Source: a virus
Taxonomy: Duplodnaviria; Caudoviricetes
IMG/VR virus record: IMGVR_UViG_3300001868_000225
Coordinates: 1 to 52,879 of that record
Reading direction: 5' to 3' (one strand)
Length of the DNA: 52,879 nt
A program made the position numbers and the translations under genes. How positions within the stretch are numbered: the first letter of the stretch is position 1; every line of letters begins with the position of its first letter. The notes below the pieces were generated by a model. It was not told the origin of the DNA, did not search any database, and saw only the letters and a list, made by a program, of their open reading frames with translations. Of this stretch, positions 1 to 8,033 are shown piece by piece.

Positions 1-399
1 ATGAAAAACATTTTAAGCAAAATATTTAAATTCACGAATGTTGCATTGCCTCCTCCAGTAAAAAAATCATTTTCTGAAAAGTTTGGTGAGTCATTAAATG
101 TTGAATGGCTTCAAACAGACGATTTCTATGAGGCTATCTTCTATCTCAATTATATTGAACACATTGGTCGTTTTGACTCTACTGGAAAAATTCTTAATCT
201 AAAAAAAAATCTTCCTATTGATTCTACCCCTCCCCATATAAAAGAAAAAGCTGCTAAACATGGAGAATTGATGAATGTAATAGAAATTTGTGAAGATGAA
301 ATTGTTGGATATGAGTTAATAGTCCGCGATGAAACATTAATTCGTTTTTCACTTTTATTGAATGAAAAAGGCGGATTGATACACAAAAGCAAGCTTTAA
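1..399 (+). CDS. Host hypothetical protein (possibly PepSY-like/BLIP-like fold)
   Basis: 132-aa ORF upstream of the tRNA and outside the prophage; LPPPVKKSF...VEW...YEAIF...FDSTGK pattern loosely resembles PepSY-like repeats. Confidence 0.55.
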   Translation: MKNILSKIFKFTNVALPPPVKKSFSEKFGESLNVEWLQTDDFYEAIFYLNYIEHIGRFDSTGKILNLKKNLPIDSTPPHIKEKAAKHGELMNVIEICEDEIVGYELIVRDETLIRFSLLLNEKGGLIHKSKL

Positions 400-558
400 T
401 AGGTTCGGAAAAGCCGCCCTTAGAATTGAATTATTATAACAAACAATATTTCAAACAGATACAATAAATACCAAAGATGTCAATCATTCAAAGATTCTTT
501 GGTATTTATTTTTTAAACAAAAAATATTCAAACAACTGAAGGAAATTGCATATTTAGT

Positions 559-591
559 ATTGCACAAGTAAAAATTTAAATACTATATTTG
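559..591 (+). promoter_or_regulatory. Bacteroidota sigmaA-type promoter of tRNA-His
   Basis: TATATTTG (584-591) fits the TAnnTTTG -7 box; TTG at 560-562 fits the -33 box; about 20 nt upstream of the tRNA. Confidence 0.7.
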
Positions 592-611
592 CAGCCTCAA
601 AACAAAAAAAT

Positions 612-688
612 GGTGGTTGTAGCTCAGCTGGTTAGAGCACTGGATTGTGGTTCCAGGGGTCGTGGGTTCAAATCCCATCATCCACCCA
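612..688 (+). tRNA. tRNA-His (GTG), probable prophage integration site (attL)
   Basis: G-1 then GTGGTTG acceptor; D arm GCTC..GAGC; anticodon arm CTGGA-TTGTGGT-TCCAG; T arm with GGTTCAAATCC; C discriminator; integrase immediately downstream. Confidence 0.95.
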
Positions 689-693
689 AGCAT

Positions 694-738
694 TAACCCA
701 ACTAATTATTATTCAATTAGTTGGGTTAATTGTTTTTT
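694..738 (+). terminator. Hairpin/terminator after tRNA-His
   Basis: TTAACCCAACTAATT-attattc-AATTAGTTGGGTTAA perfect 15-bp stem followed by TTGTTTTTT. Confidence 0.7.
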
Positions 739-809
739 ACCTTGACACACACCTGACACACTTGGTCACCTGTTCGGCGTCTCTGATCGGAATACTTAAT
801 CTGAAAAAA

Positions 810-1958
810 ATGGAGACACAGACAGAAAAATTACCTTACAAAGGGGCTACATTGAACGATCGTGGTGGCAAACTTACACAGCGTTGGTATATCCAGTTTT
901 GGGTATGGAATGCGCAGGAGAGAAAAACCGTTAGGCGGTGGGATTATTCGGTCGATCAACCGAAAGGGAAAGACGATAATGATACTATTCGCCTTCGCAG
1001 AGCTTATGCGAAAGCCAGAGTCGCATCGATTAATAAATTGCTGGAGGATGGATATCATATCAACAATAAGACTGAGGCAAAATCTATTGATCTGACGGTC
1101 CGTCAAGGCATGGAATATGCTTTGAAAATATCCGGTCTGAAAGGCAATTCGTACAATTCGTATTCATCAACGATGAATATTTTTCTTGAATGGGCAAAAA
1201 CAAACGGATTTGATTCGATTTTTCTGGATAAATTTAAACGGAAAGATGCCTACCAGTATATCGACTGGCGTATCAGTTGCGGAATCAAAGGCAGTACAAT
1301 AAATTCAGATATTAGCTATATTAAACGGCTATTCAGCATTTTGCGAAAAAGGGAAATTATACAGGACAATCCGTTTTCGGAAGTTGAAAAACAAAAAGAG
1401 GAACGCAGTCTTAAAAATATAGCCTATACTGATTCGGAAATAGAACTGCTCAAAAATGACATTTCAGTAGCCGATCCTGAACTTTGGAGTTTCATCCAGA
1501 TCATCTATAATACTTTCATTCGTCCGAATGAACTCAGGCAATTAAAAGTATCTGATATCAGGCTTTCCGATCGGTTAATTTATGTGGATGCATCTATTTC
1601 AAAAAACAATAAAAGCGAATTCGTTACCATCCCGGATTCGCTGATCGATTCAATAATTAACCTGGTGCAATTTAAATCTTCCGGAGAATATCTTTTCCCC
1701 GGGAAGAACGGTCCAATTTCAAAAAACAGGATGAACGACCGGCACCGGAAATTTTTAGAAAAGCACAGTTTTTCGAGTGATCATACCTTATATAGTTGGA
1801 AACATACCGGAGTTGTGAGAGCATATAAAGCCGGTGTTGATCTGAAGCGGATCCAGCTCCAGTGCCGGCATCATTCAATTGCCGAAACTGATAATTATTT
1901 AAAGAGCATGGGACTGTACGAAAATCTCGAAATCAGATTAAAAATGCCTCCACTCTAG
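810..1958 (+). CDS. int: Tyrosine recombinase/phage integrase
   Basis: Catalytic motifs IRPNEL (R), SKNNK (K), HTLYSWKHTG, RHHS..TDNY (H,Y); ATG 810 preferred because the 645 start lies inside the tRNA. Confidence 0.92.
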   Translation: METQTEKLPYKGATLNDRGGKLTQRWYIQFWVWNAQERKTVRRWDYSVDQPKGKDDNDTIRLRRAYAKARVASINKLLEDGYHINNKTEAKSIDLTVRQGMEYALKISGLKGNSYNSYSSTMNIFLEWAKTNGFDSIFLDKFKRKDAYQYIDWRISCGIKGSTINSDISYIKRLFSILRKREIIQDNPFSEVEKQKEERSLKNIAYTDSEIELLKNDISVADPELWSFIQIIYNTFIRPNELRQLKVSDIRLSDRLIYVDASISKNNKSEFVTIPDSLIDSIINLVQFKSSGEYLFPGKNGPISKNRMNDRHRKFLEKHSFSSDHTLYSWKHTGVVRAYKAGVDLKRIQLQCRHHSIAETDNYLKSMGLYENLEIRLKMPPL

Positions 1959-1977
1959 TTCACTTACAACCTACAAC

Positions 1978-2014
1978 AAAAAACCCCAAACTCGACACAG
2001 CTCGAGTTTGGGGA
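1978..2014 (-). terminator. Intrinsic terminator between convergent integrase and late operon
   Basis: A-tract + CCCCAAACTCGA-cacagc-TCGAGTTTGGGG. Confidence 0.7.
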
Positions 2015-2047
2015 AACCTAATTATATGAAAAAATTAACCAACAAAC

Positions 2048-2443
2048 TTAAATCGAAGTATCCGCCCGTGGCCTGTTGGCAGATGCAATATTATTAAGGG
2101 CTTTTGAGCGTTGTAATTTGGGAGGTCTTAGATTAGCAGCAAATGTCTGTTGGCATAATCGATCGACATAAAACAAATTCACAACAGGTAATTTCATAAT
2201 CACCAGCTTTTCGGTGCAATAACTGATAACCGGCAAGTTGATCACGTTTGCTGAAAAGCAAATTGATGATACAAAATTCTGCATTACAGTAGCCGTGGCC
2301 ACTTCCTGCACAAATCCTGCAGGAGCAAAATCAACATGCAAAACAAAACAGGATCCAGTCGGTAGATCGGAAGCCTGAACCGGACCAGGTGGCATGACCA
2401 GCAACCCGATCATCAAAACACAGAGAGCTAAAATAGTCTTCAT
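2048..2443 (-). CDS. Secreted hypothetical protein
   Basis: Signal peptide MKTILALCVLMIGLLV...VQA; preceded by a GTCCTTT-N20 motif. Confidence 0.55.
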   Translation of the reverse strand: MKTILALCVLMIGLLVMPPGPVQASDLPTGSCFVLHVDFAPAGFVQEVATATVMQNFVSSICFSANVINLPVISYCTEKLVIMKLPVVNLFYVDRLCQQTFAANLRPPKLQRSKALNNIASANRPRADTSI

Positions 2444-2477
2444 TGTGATGAAATTTTTGGTTATTAATAATTGAAAA

Positions 2478-3020
2478 TCAAATTTTCGGAATTTTCGATA
2501 AAGGCGAAAGGACAGATTTTACCCAGGTGAATATTGGCGACCGCTTCAGGTAAATGAATATACCGACCAGTATTACCAGGATAAAGCAAATCCACATCCA
2601 GCGTTTGGGATCAGGGGCCGGTTTCTCTGTATCATCAGTTTTTACATTACTACTCGAATTGTCAACGATAGTTTTTGCGGCTTGCTGTTCGATAGTTGTT
2701 TCAGCAGTTCCCTGGTCGCGCGTTGTGGTTTTTATGGTCGTTGTGGTGATCGACTTAACTGCATTTGATACAGATACTGTTACAATGTTCGAAACATTGT
2801 CAACTGAAACAATAGAATCGGGTGGGTAAAATTCGGTAATGGTTGTGGTTGTCTCCTGATCAGTTACCAGGTTGTTGTTTACCTTCAAATTTTCTTTTGC
2901 GCTGGCCGTCTCGTTTGTCTGAGCCGATTGTGTCGTGAGCGCTTCGCTTTTAGCAACCTTTTTGGTTAAGTGGCACCCTGATATCAGGACCACCAGCAAA
3001 ATAATGAGTAAGTTTTTCAT
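2478..3020 (-). CDS. Probable unimolecular spanin (u-spanin)
   Basis: Lipobox LISGC, Thr/Ser-rich beta-type periplasmic part and C-terminal TM helix (WMWICFILVILVGIFIYL), in the lysis cassette. Confidence 0.65.
   Translation of the reverse strand: MKNLLIILLVVLISGCHLTKKVAKSEALTTQSAQTNETASAKENLKVNNNLVTDQETTTTITEFYPPDSIVSVDNVSNIVTVSVSNAVKSITTTTIKTTTRDQGTAETTIEQQAAKTIVDNSSSNVKTDDTEKPAPDPKRWMWICFILVILVGIFIYLKRSPIFTWVKSVLSPLSKIPKI
2479..2513 (-). promoter_or_regulatory. Late-promoter motif copy 1 (inside spanin 3' end)
   Basis: Minus strand GTCCTTT-N20-AAAATTTG, 35 nt before ATG 2443. Confidence 0.55.
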
Positions 3021-3035
3021 AATTCCTTTTTTTTT

Positions 3036-3076
3036 AATCCTGTTAATCCTCTAATCAGTTTAATCCTGTTCAAGAC
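3036..3076. repeat. TAATCC...TAATCCTGTTC(A)AGAC short repeat family
   Basis: Related copies at ~46500-46528 and ~52520-52560, all at gene junctions. Confidence 0.6.
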
Positions 3077-3405
3077 TATGGTTCAAAAACTTGTGAAGAC
3101 CAGCCACGGTAATACTTCCAGTTCACAGGATTTTTTTTACATAGCAGATAATACTTTGTAAGGCTGCCGAATTTGTATAGTTGTATGAACTGATCACTGG
3201 TCATCAACGGACGGATCAGCAAATCTTCAATTGAATCGTTCAGGATTACGATTTCTTCTGAAATGGAATCAACCTTTGAGTTAAGCGTTTGTATAGAATC
3301 CTGCAAGGTGACATATTCCGATTTTAATACCATTTCGGAACCTTGCTTGCAATTGCTCAGAAAAGCAATTATAAATAGAAGCACAATAAAAATAAGTGGT
3401 TTCAT
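3076..3405 (-). CDS. Lipoprotein with coiled coil (lysis accessory/spanin-like)
   Basis: MKPLIFIVLLFIIAFLSNC lipoprotein-type signal; heptad-rich; overlaps the endolysin stop. Confidence 0.6.
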   Translation of the reverse strand: MKPLIFIVLLFIIAFLSNCKQGSEMVLKSEYVTLQDSIQTLNSKVDSISEEIVILNDSIEDLLIRPLMTSDQFIQLYKFGSLTKYYLLCKKNPVNWKYYRGWSSQVFEP

Positions 3406-3833
3406 AACAAAATGTTTAAAAGTTGTAGCAATTGGGGTGACATTATCCCTGTTAGTTTTATTCCGACAATTTCTTCAGCTCGCTTGATGGCTGGTTTGAG
3501 TCCTTCCAGTACGGCAGTATCCACTATGATTTTACCAATATCCTGATTTTTAATTTTGTCGGATTGAACTACATCCCAAAAATTCAGTTTGTAGAATTCG
3601 AGTATAAGCGCAAACAGTTCTTCGTTATTTACCAATGATTCCGGAAAATTTGGCTTTAATTTAGCAGCATCGATAAGAGGCCAGATCTTTGCCTTCGGCC
3701 AGAAATAGCGTGAAATACCTGCCACCGTTTCTTTTCCACGGTCATCCGGATCATTCACATATCCGATACTGATTGACGTTCTATAGCCTTCAGATGCAAG
3801 TATTGGAATTATTGCTTTTTTAAAATCAGCCAT
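3402..3833 (-). CDS. Endolysin, glycoside hydrolase family 108
   Basis: EGY...GYVNDPDDRGKETVAGI matches the GH108 EGGY-NDPxDxGGxTxxGI motif; the start at 3860 lies in a REP. Confidence 0.85.
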   Translation of the reverse strand: MADFKKAIIPILASEGYRTSISIGYVNDPDDRGKETVAGISRYFWPKAKIWPLIDAAKLKPNFPESLVNNEELFALILEFYKLNFWDVVQSDKIKNQDIGKIIVDTAVLEGLKPAIKRAEEIVGIKLTGIMSPQLLQLLNILL

Positions 3834-3837
3834 AAAT

Positions 3838-3870
3838 CCCCACCCCAACCCTCCCCACAAAGGGAGGGAG
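3838..3870. repeat. REP family 1 (CCCCACCCCAACCCTCCCCnnnnGGGAGGGAG type)
   Basis: GC-rich hairpin; related copies at ~3940, 9385, 9485, 13127, 17372, 25488, 25716, 38962. Confidence 0.8.
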
Positions 3871-3918
3871 CCGGAATGCTCCGTAGTTAATTATTCTGTT
3901 CATGGTCATATTGTTTCA

Positions 3919-4407
3919 TTATTCAGTGCGTTTTTGTTCTCCCCCTTCGGGGGAGTTAGAGGGGCCTATATCAAGGCCGGTTTGTTCTTCAATCTTCTTT
4001 TGAAATAGCTTGCCGATTAACGGGAATACTTCCCAACTGGTGAGTTTATAACCGTTTTTCGCGATTGAGAAAATCAACACACCGGCAATGAACCAGCCTA
4101 CCAGGTTATAGGTTTGCAACAGGGTTTGGTGAAAAACATCGTCCCACATGTAAGCGATAACGATAAGTAGCATTGAAACTAACATGCGGGGAATGGTAGT
4201 ACGAAAGATGATTCGCTTACTGAACTTCTCGTTTCGCAATTTACGCGCTGCCAAATAGCCCATGATCATATCAATTATGAAAAGTAATACGATGAAATTC
4301 ACCATATCTTTTACCGGCAAAAAATAACCGATGATTGTGCCAAGCATTCCGCAGAGGATTTCCCAGATGCCTTTTACCAGGTTTGGGAAGGTTAAGTATT
4401 CGTCCAT
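3919..4407 (-). CDS. Phage holin
   Basis: 3-4 TM segments (LLFIIDMIMGYLAA pattern), directly upstream of the endolysin. Confidence 0.8.
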   Translation of the reverse strand: MDEYLTFPNLVKGIWEILCGMLGTIIGYFLPVKDMVNFIVLLFIIDMIMGYLAARKLRNEKFSKRIIFRTTIPRMLVSMLLIVIAYMWDDVFHQTLLQTYNLVGWFIAGVLIFSIAKNGYKLTSWEVFPLIGKLFQKKIEEQTGLDIGPSNSPEGGEQKRTE

Positions 4408-4442
4408 GTCGAAAAATTTACTATTTATTCATTTACTATTTA

Positions 4443-4477
4443 CAAATGTAAGGCGAAAGGCGAGGCCGGGAAAGGAC
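4443..4477 (-). promoter_or_regulatory. Late-promoter motif copy 2 (lysis operon)
   Basis: GTCCTTT-N20-TACATTTG. Confidence 0.7.
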
Positions 4478-4509
4478 AGCTTCGATACGCTTCGCTTCTA
4501 TATTTGCTT

Positions 4510-4650
4510 CCTCTCATATCAAAAAAATAAGGTGCACAAACACCGCAAAAGGCATTTGGCCTCTGGCGTGGTGTTTGTGCACCTTTATCATTTAACCGGC
4601 GATGTGAGAGTTTTCGGTTAGTGGAGCCGGGGGCTTTTATTCCCCCTTAT
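4510..4650 (+). ncRNA. Candidate antisense small RNA / long hairpin between fibre and holin genes
   Basis: + strand TATATTTG at 4499-4506; long stem CTCTCATATC..AAGGTGCACAAACACC..GGTGTTTGTGCACCTT..GATGTGAGAG; ends at GGGGG-cttttatt-CCCCC hairpin. Confidence 0.45.
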
Positions 4651-4659
4651 ATTATCGAT

Positions 4660-6771
4660 CTATTGCACAAGCCATCCTTTATGCCATCCAAGACTTTTTT
4701 GAATTGGTGTATTTAGAACCGCAGGACCATCCGTTGATATTGGGGTTTCGTTTTGAAAGTCTACCCTGATCCATGTAGCTCCAATTTCCATTATATGCGG
4801 AAATGCGGAATAAACAACCGCACCTGAACCAGTTATCGTAATAGGGGTTCCTACTTCTATTTCAGCTACCTGAAAAGTATCTACTGTTACATTTACAATA
4901 ATATACTTATGCCACAATAATATACCTGTTATACCAGTAAGTACCCTAAAACTGATTTCTGTTCCTTCTGGCATATTATGACCAACCTTTGTAAATATAC
5001 TTGCAGCGAGTGTTGCGTTTCTTGTTACAAATTTTGCATAAGATGGAGTGCATATTTCCATACCAACATATAAAGATGCCAATGTTCCGCCGCCTGACCG
5101 AACCCACTTTCTATTATCGGCTAAATACCATCCATTAAAATTAACAGTTACATTACCGGCTGCTCCAGAGCAACCAATAAAATTAACACCTGCATTATTT
5201 ACAAAAGCAGCAGGTTTTTCTGGTAAACGCCCAATAATTCTATTAATTTCGGATAAAGTTAAAGCGCAATAATAGAAAGATACTTGCGGCGTTTTTGATA
5301 TTCCTGCCTCGAACATTAATTCCCAAGCAATCTCGAAATAAGACATTGCCCAATATGTTCCGGCTGGTGGAGTTGGATAACTTAACCCCCATTGTACGTT
5401 ATAGAGCCTTGCATTTGGACAATTTAAAGAACCTACTTTGATCAAGTTGGTGCCATTAAAATTGAACATTTTTGCAGGCCATTGAGTAGGCCAAACAATA
5501 TTTTCTATTGATGTTGTCCAACCTATGCTAAATATATCAGTATCTTGTGTTGTTGCAAAATCAAATGCGTCAGGAAGCGTAACATTTTTTAAATTGAAAT
5601 CAGATACAATTGCGCTACTAAAACCTCCTAAGTTCATTTTTTTCATTGATGTTGGGAAAACTAAATCCGTTAATGCAGCGCAGCCAGAAACTAAATTATT
5701 TATTCTGGTTAATACGTCCATCGTTCCGGTAAAAGTAACTTTTGTTACTTTATTAGACCCAAATACGGCATACATATCTCCACATAACGGCATTGATGGA
5801 AATGTAAATTCACCTTCTAAGTCTGGACAACCCACAAACATATAAGTAACTCCGTAAATTCCAATTTTTGGCATACTTATAGGAATTACTGCTGTTTTTA
5901 ATTTAGGACATGATTGTGCAAATCCATCAATCCTAGTCAGTTCTGGATATGAACCACCCATATTGATGTATTTTAATAAAGGCATTGTACTAGCAAAATT
6001 AGCCACAGTGGTTAATTTAGGTAGGCTCGATGGAAATGTAAACGTTGAAATGCTAGTTTTATAAAGCATACTAACCATTTCGGTGCATAAAGGCAATGAA
6101 TCTGGAAGTGTTAACTTGATAACTTTAGGTGAATTGTAAAGTGCCTGTGAAAGTGAGGTTACCTTATTTAAACTGGTAGGCATCTGTATTGAAAGTAATT
6201 CAGGGCAATTAGATGCAACATTTGAGCAACCTGTTATCTGATCGTGTGGCCCTATAAATTCAATGTCTGTTATATATTGAAGAGCATTGAACATGCTACC
6301 TGCGCCTGTTAAGCTTGGGCACTTTATTTTAGCTGCAATAACTCTCCAACTGATATCAGGATAAAGAGTATAATTTCCAACAAATGAGAATCCTAATATA
6401 CTATTTGCACCTAGTTCTGGTTTAATTAGTATTCTATAATAATTATCTGTAGTAAAATCATACTTAAATGTAGCATAGTTATTGGACAACGTATTTGATA
6501 CGGAAACATTTGATGAATTATATACAATTACCCTGAATTTTCCTGAATTACTAATACTTGCATTAAATTCAATGTGCTTTGATCCTTGATTATTGCATAA
6601 CAATTGGATTTCTCCGTCGCCTGTGGTTGGCATTGACTCAATTATTTCAGGTGGAACATAAATGGCCGGATCAGGCACATATCCATTTAATGGACAAAAT
6701 ACTGCCGGATCTGGGTCTGTCCCCGCTCCGGTCATTCTTAAAATCTGTTGTGATAAAGGTCTTACTGTCAT
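4660..6771 (-). CDS. Tail fibre/receptor-binding protein with BspA-like leucine-rich repeats
   Basis: ~24-aa repeats LxxxxFPxSLPKLTxxxxFxxxCP; ATGA overlap with upstream gene; visibly AT-richer than neighbours. Confidence 0.7.
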   Translation of the reverse strand: MTVRPLSQQILRMTGAGTDPDPAVFCPLNGYVPDPAIYVPPEIIESMPTTGDGEIQLLCNNQGSKHIEFNASISNSGKFRVIVYNSSNVSVSNTLSNNYATFKYDFTTDNYYRILIKPELGANSILGFSFVGNYTLYPDISWRVIAAKIKCPSLTGAGSMFNALQYITDIEFIGPHDQITGCSNVASNCPELLSIQMPTSLNKVTSLSQALYNSPKVIKLTLPDSLPLCTEMVSMLYKTSISTFTFPSSLPKLTTVANFASTMPLLKYINMGGSYPELTRIDGFAQSCPKLKTAVIPISMPKIGIYGVTYMFVGCPDLEGEFTFPSMPLCGDMYAVFGSNKVTKVTFTGTMDVLTRINNLVSGCAALTDLVFPTSMKKMNLGGFSSAIVSDFNLKNVTLPDAFDFATTQDTDIFSIGWTTSIENIVWPTQWPAKMFNFNGTNLIKVGSLNCPNARLYNVQWGLSYPTPPAGTYWAMSYFEIAWELMFEAGISKTPQVSFYYCALTLSEINRIIGRLPEKPAAFVNNAGVNFIGCSGAAGNVTVNFNGWYLADNRKWVRSGGGTLASLYVGMEICTPSYAKFVTRNATLAASIFTKVGHNMPEGTEISFRVLTGITGILLWHKYIIVNVTVDTFQVAEIEVGTPITITGSGAVVYSAFPHIMEIGATWIRVDFQNETPISTDGPAVLNTPIQKSLGWHKGWLVQ

Positions 6772-8030
6772 AACCATGTTCCTGTTAATGTTACTATTCC
6801 TGCGGCATCAGCTGTTACCGTAAAATTGTTGTATTGTGCCTGATCAACATTCAGGGCTGTTGACAATGTTGGCGCGTTAGTTTGCTGATGGATCATGGCG
6901 GTAAATTTCAAGGCATAAGGGCAGGGATAGGTTATTACTCCTGCTGCATCAAAAATAAAATGTACCTGGAAAATGTCAGACCCACTAGAGCCGTCCTCAC
7001 CGGCAGCTTTCACGCCTGTGTCAACTGCCCCTATCCACCAATTGCCATTTTCTCCAATTGTGGGAGTTGTTCCGGGAGGACCAGGCACTGTTGAATCTTC
7101 GCCGTCTTCACCGGCAGCTTTCACACCGGTGTCGGTGTCACCTATCCACCAGTTGCCATTTTCCCCAATTGTGGGAGTTGTTCCGGGAGGACCCGGCACC
7201 GTTGAATCTTCTCCATCTTCGCCTACCAACGATATTGAACCAGCAGAACCACCAGCATCAATAGGACCATAAAGAACCTTATTGTTCTGATCTAAATAAT
7301 AACTTCCTTCCCATGCCGGCGTAAACGGATAATTTGTATTTCCCTCTGTATTTGGTTGTCCGCCAGCATAAATAATACTTCCATGTGCACCATCTTCACC
7401 ATCTTCTCCGGCAGCTTTCACACCGGTGTCGGTTTCTCCAATCCACCAATTTCCGTTTTCTCCAATAGTGGGAGTATCACCATCGTCGCCTTTGTCGCCT
7501 TTAGGCCCTGCGGCTGCTATTCCGGTATCGGTTGTATCAATCCACCAATTTCCGTTTTCTCCAATAGTGGGAGTATCACCATCGTCGCCTTTGTCGCCTT
7601 TAGGCCCTGCGGCTGCTATTCCGGTGTCGGTTTCTCCAATCCACCAATTTCCGTTTTCGCCGATAAATGGAGTATCGAAAAATTCAATCTCGACAAAATT
7701 CACATCGGCCAAGCCTCCTATAAATGTATAATACTTCGTGTCGAAATTGACCAGGGCCGATGCAAATTCAGGCTTGGTATAACTTGCAAGCGGTTCGTAA
7801 CCTGCTTTTGGGAGCAACATGGTAACCTGTGCTCCGGCCGATCTGGTCCCAGCAATAATCCGGTCAAGATAATCGGCAACAGACTCAACAATGACGCTGT
7901 TTCTGTATTGATAATAATTCACACTTTTGGCATCCCTGGGAGTTCCAAGCAAAGCAAATATTGAGGATTCCTCATTGTACGAATTAACGTAAGGACTAAC
8001 ATTTCCATCTATGTCAAAAAAATCGCTCAT
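6768..8030 (-). CDS. Collagen-like tail fibre protein
   Basis: Five PxIGENGNWWIxxxDTG repeats separated by G-x-x triplets (GPKGDKGDDGD, GEDGED). Confidence 0.75.
   Translation of the reverse strand: MSDFFDIDGNVSPYVNSYNEESSIFALLGTPRDAKSVNYYQYRNSVIVESVADYLDRIIAGTRSAGAQVTMLLPKAGYEPLASYTKPEFASALVNFDTKYYTFIGGLADVNFVEIEFFDTPFIGENGNWWIGETDTGIAAAGPKGDKGDDGDTPTIGENGNWWIDTTDTGIAAAGPKGDKGDDGDTPTIGENGNWWIGETDTGVKAAGEDGEDGAHGSIIYAGGQPNTEGNTNYPFTPAWEGSYYLDQNNKVLYGPIDAGGSAGSISLVGEDGEDSTVPGPPGTTPTIGENGNWWIGDTDTGVKAAGEDGEDSTVPGPPGTTPTIGENGNWWIGAVDTGVKAAGEDGSSGSDIFQVHFIFDAAGVITYPCPYALKFTAMIHQQTNAPTLSTALNVDQAQYNNFTVTADAAGIVTLTGTWL
6995..7665. repeat. Two pairs of ~114-bp tandem duplications in the collagen-like gene
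   Basis: Near-identical units at ~7440/7554 and ~7000/7114. Confidence 0.8.
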
Positions 8031-8033
8031 CGC

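Noticed and set aside
645-809. N-terminal extension of the integrase ORF
   Set aside because: Runs through the tRNA and its terminator; ATG 810 is the plausible start
3838-3870. REP family 1 GGGAGGG as KOPS sites for the FtsK-gamma domain
   Set aside because: Does not match E. coli GGGNAGGG, and I do not know the host KOPS
6973-7964. + strand ORFs with repeated peptides
   Set aside because: Antisense shadows of the collagen-like repeat gene
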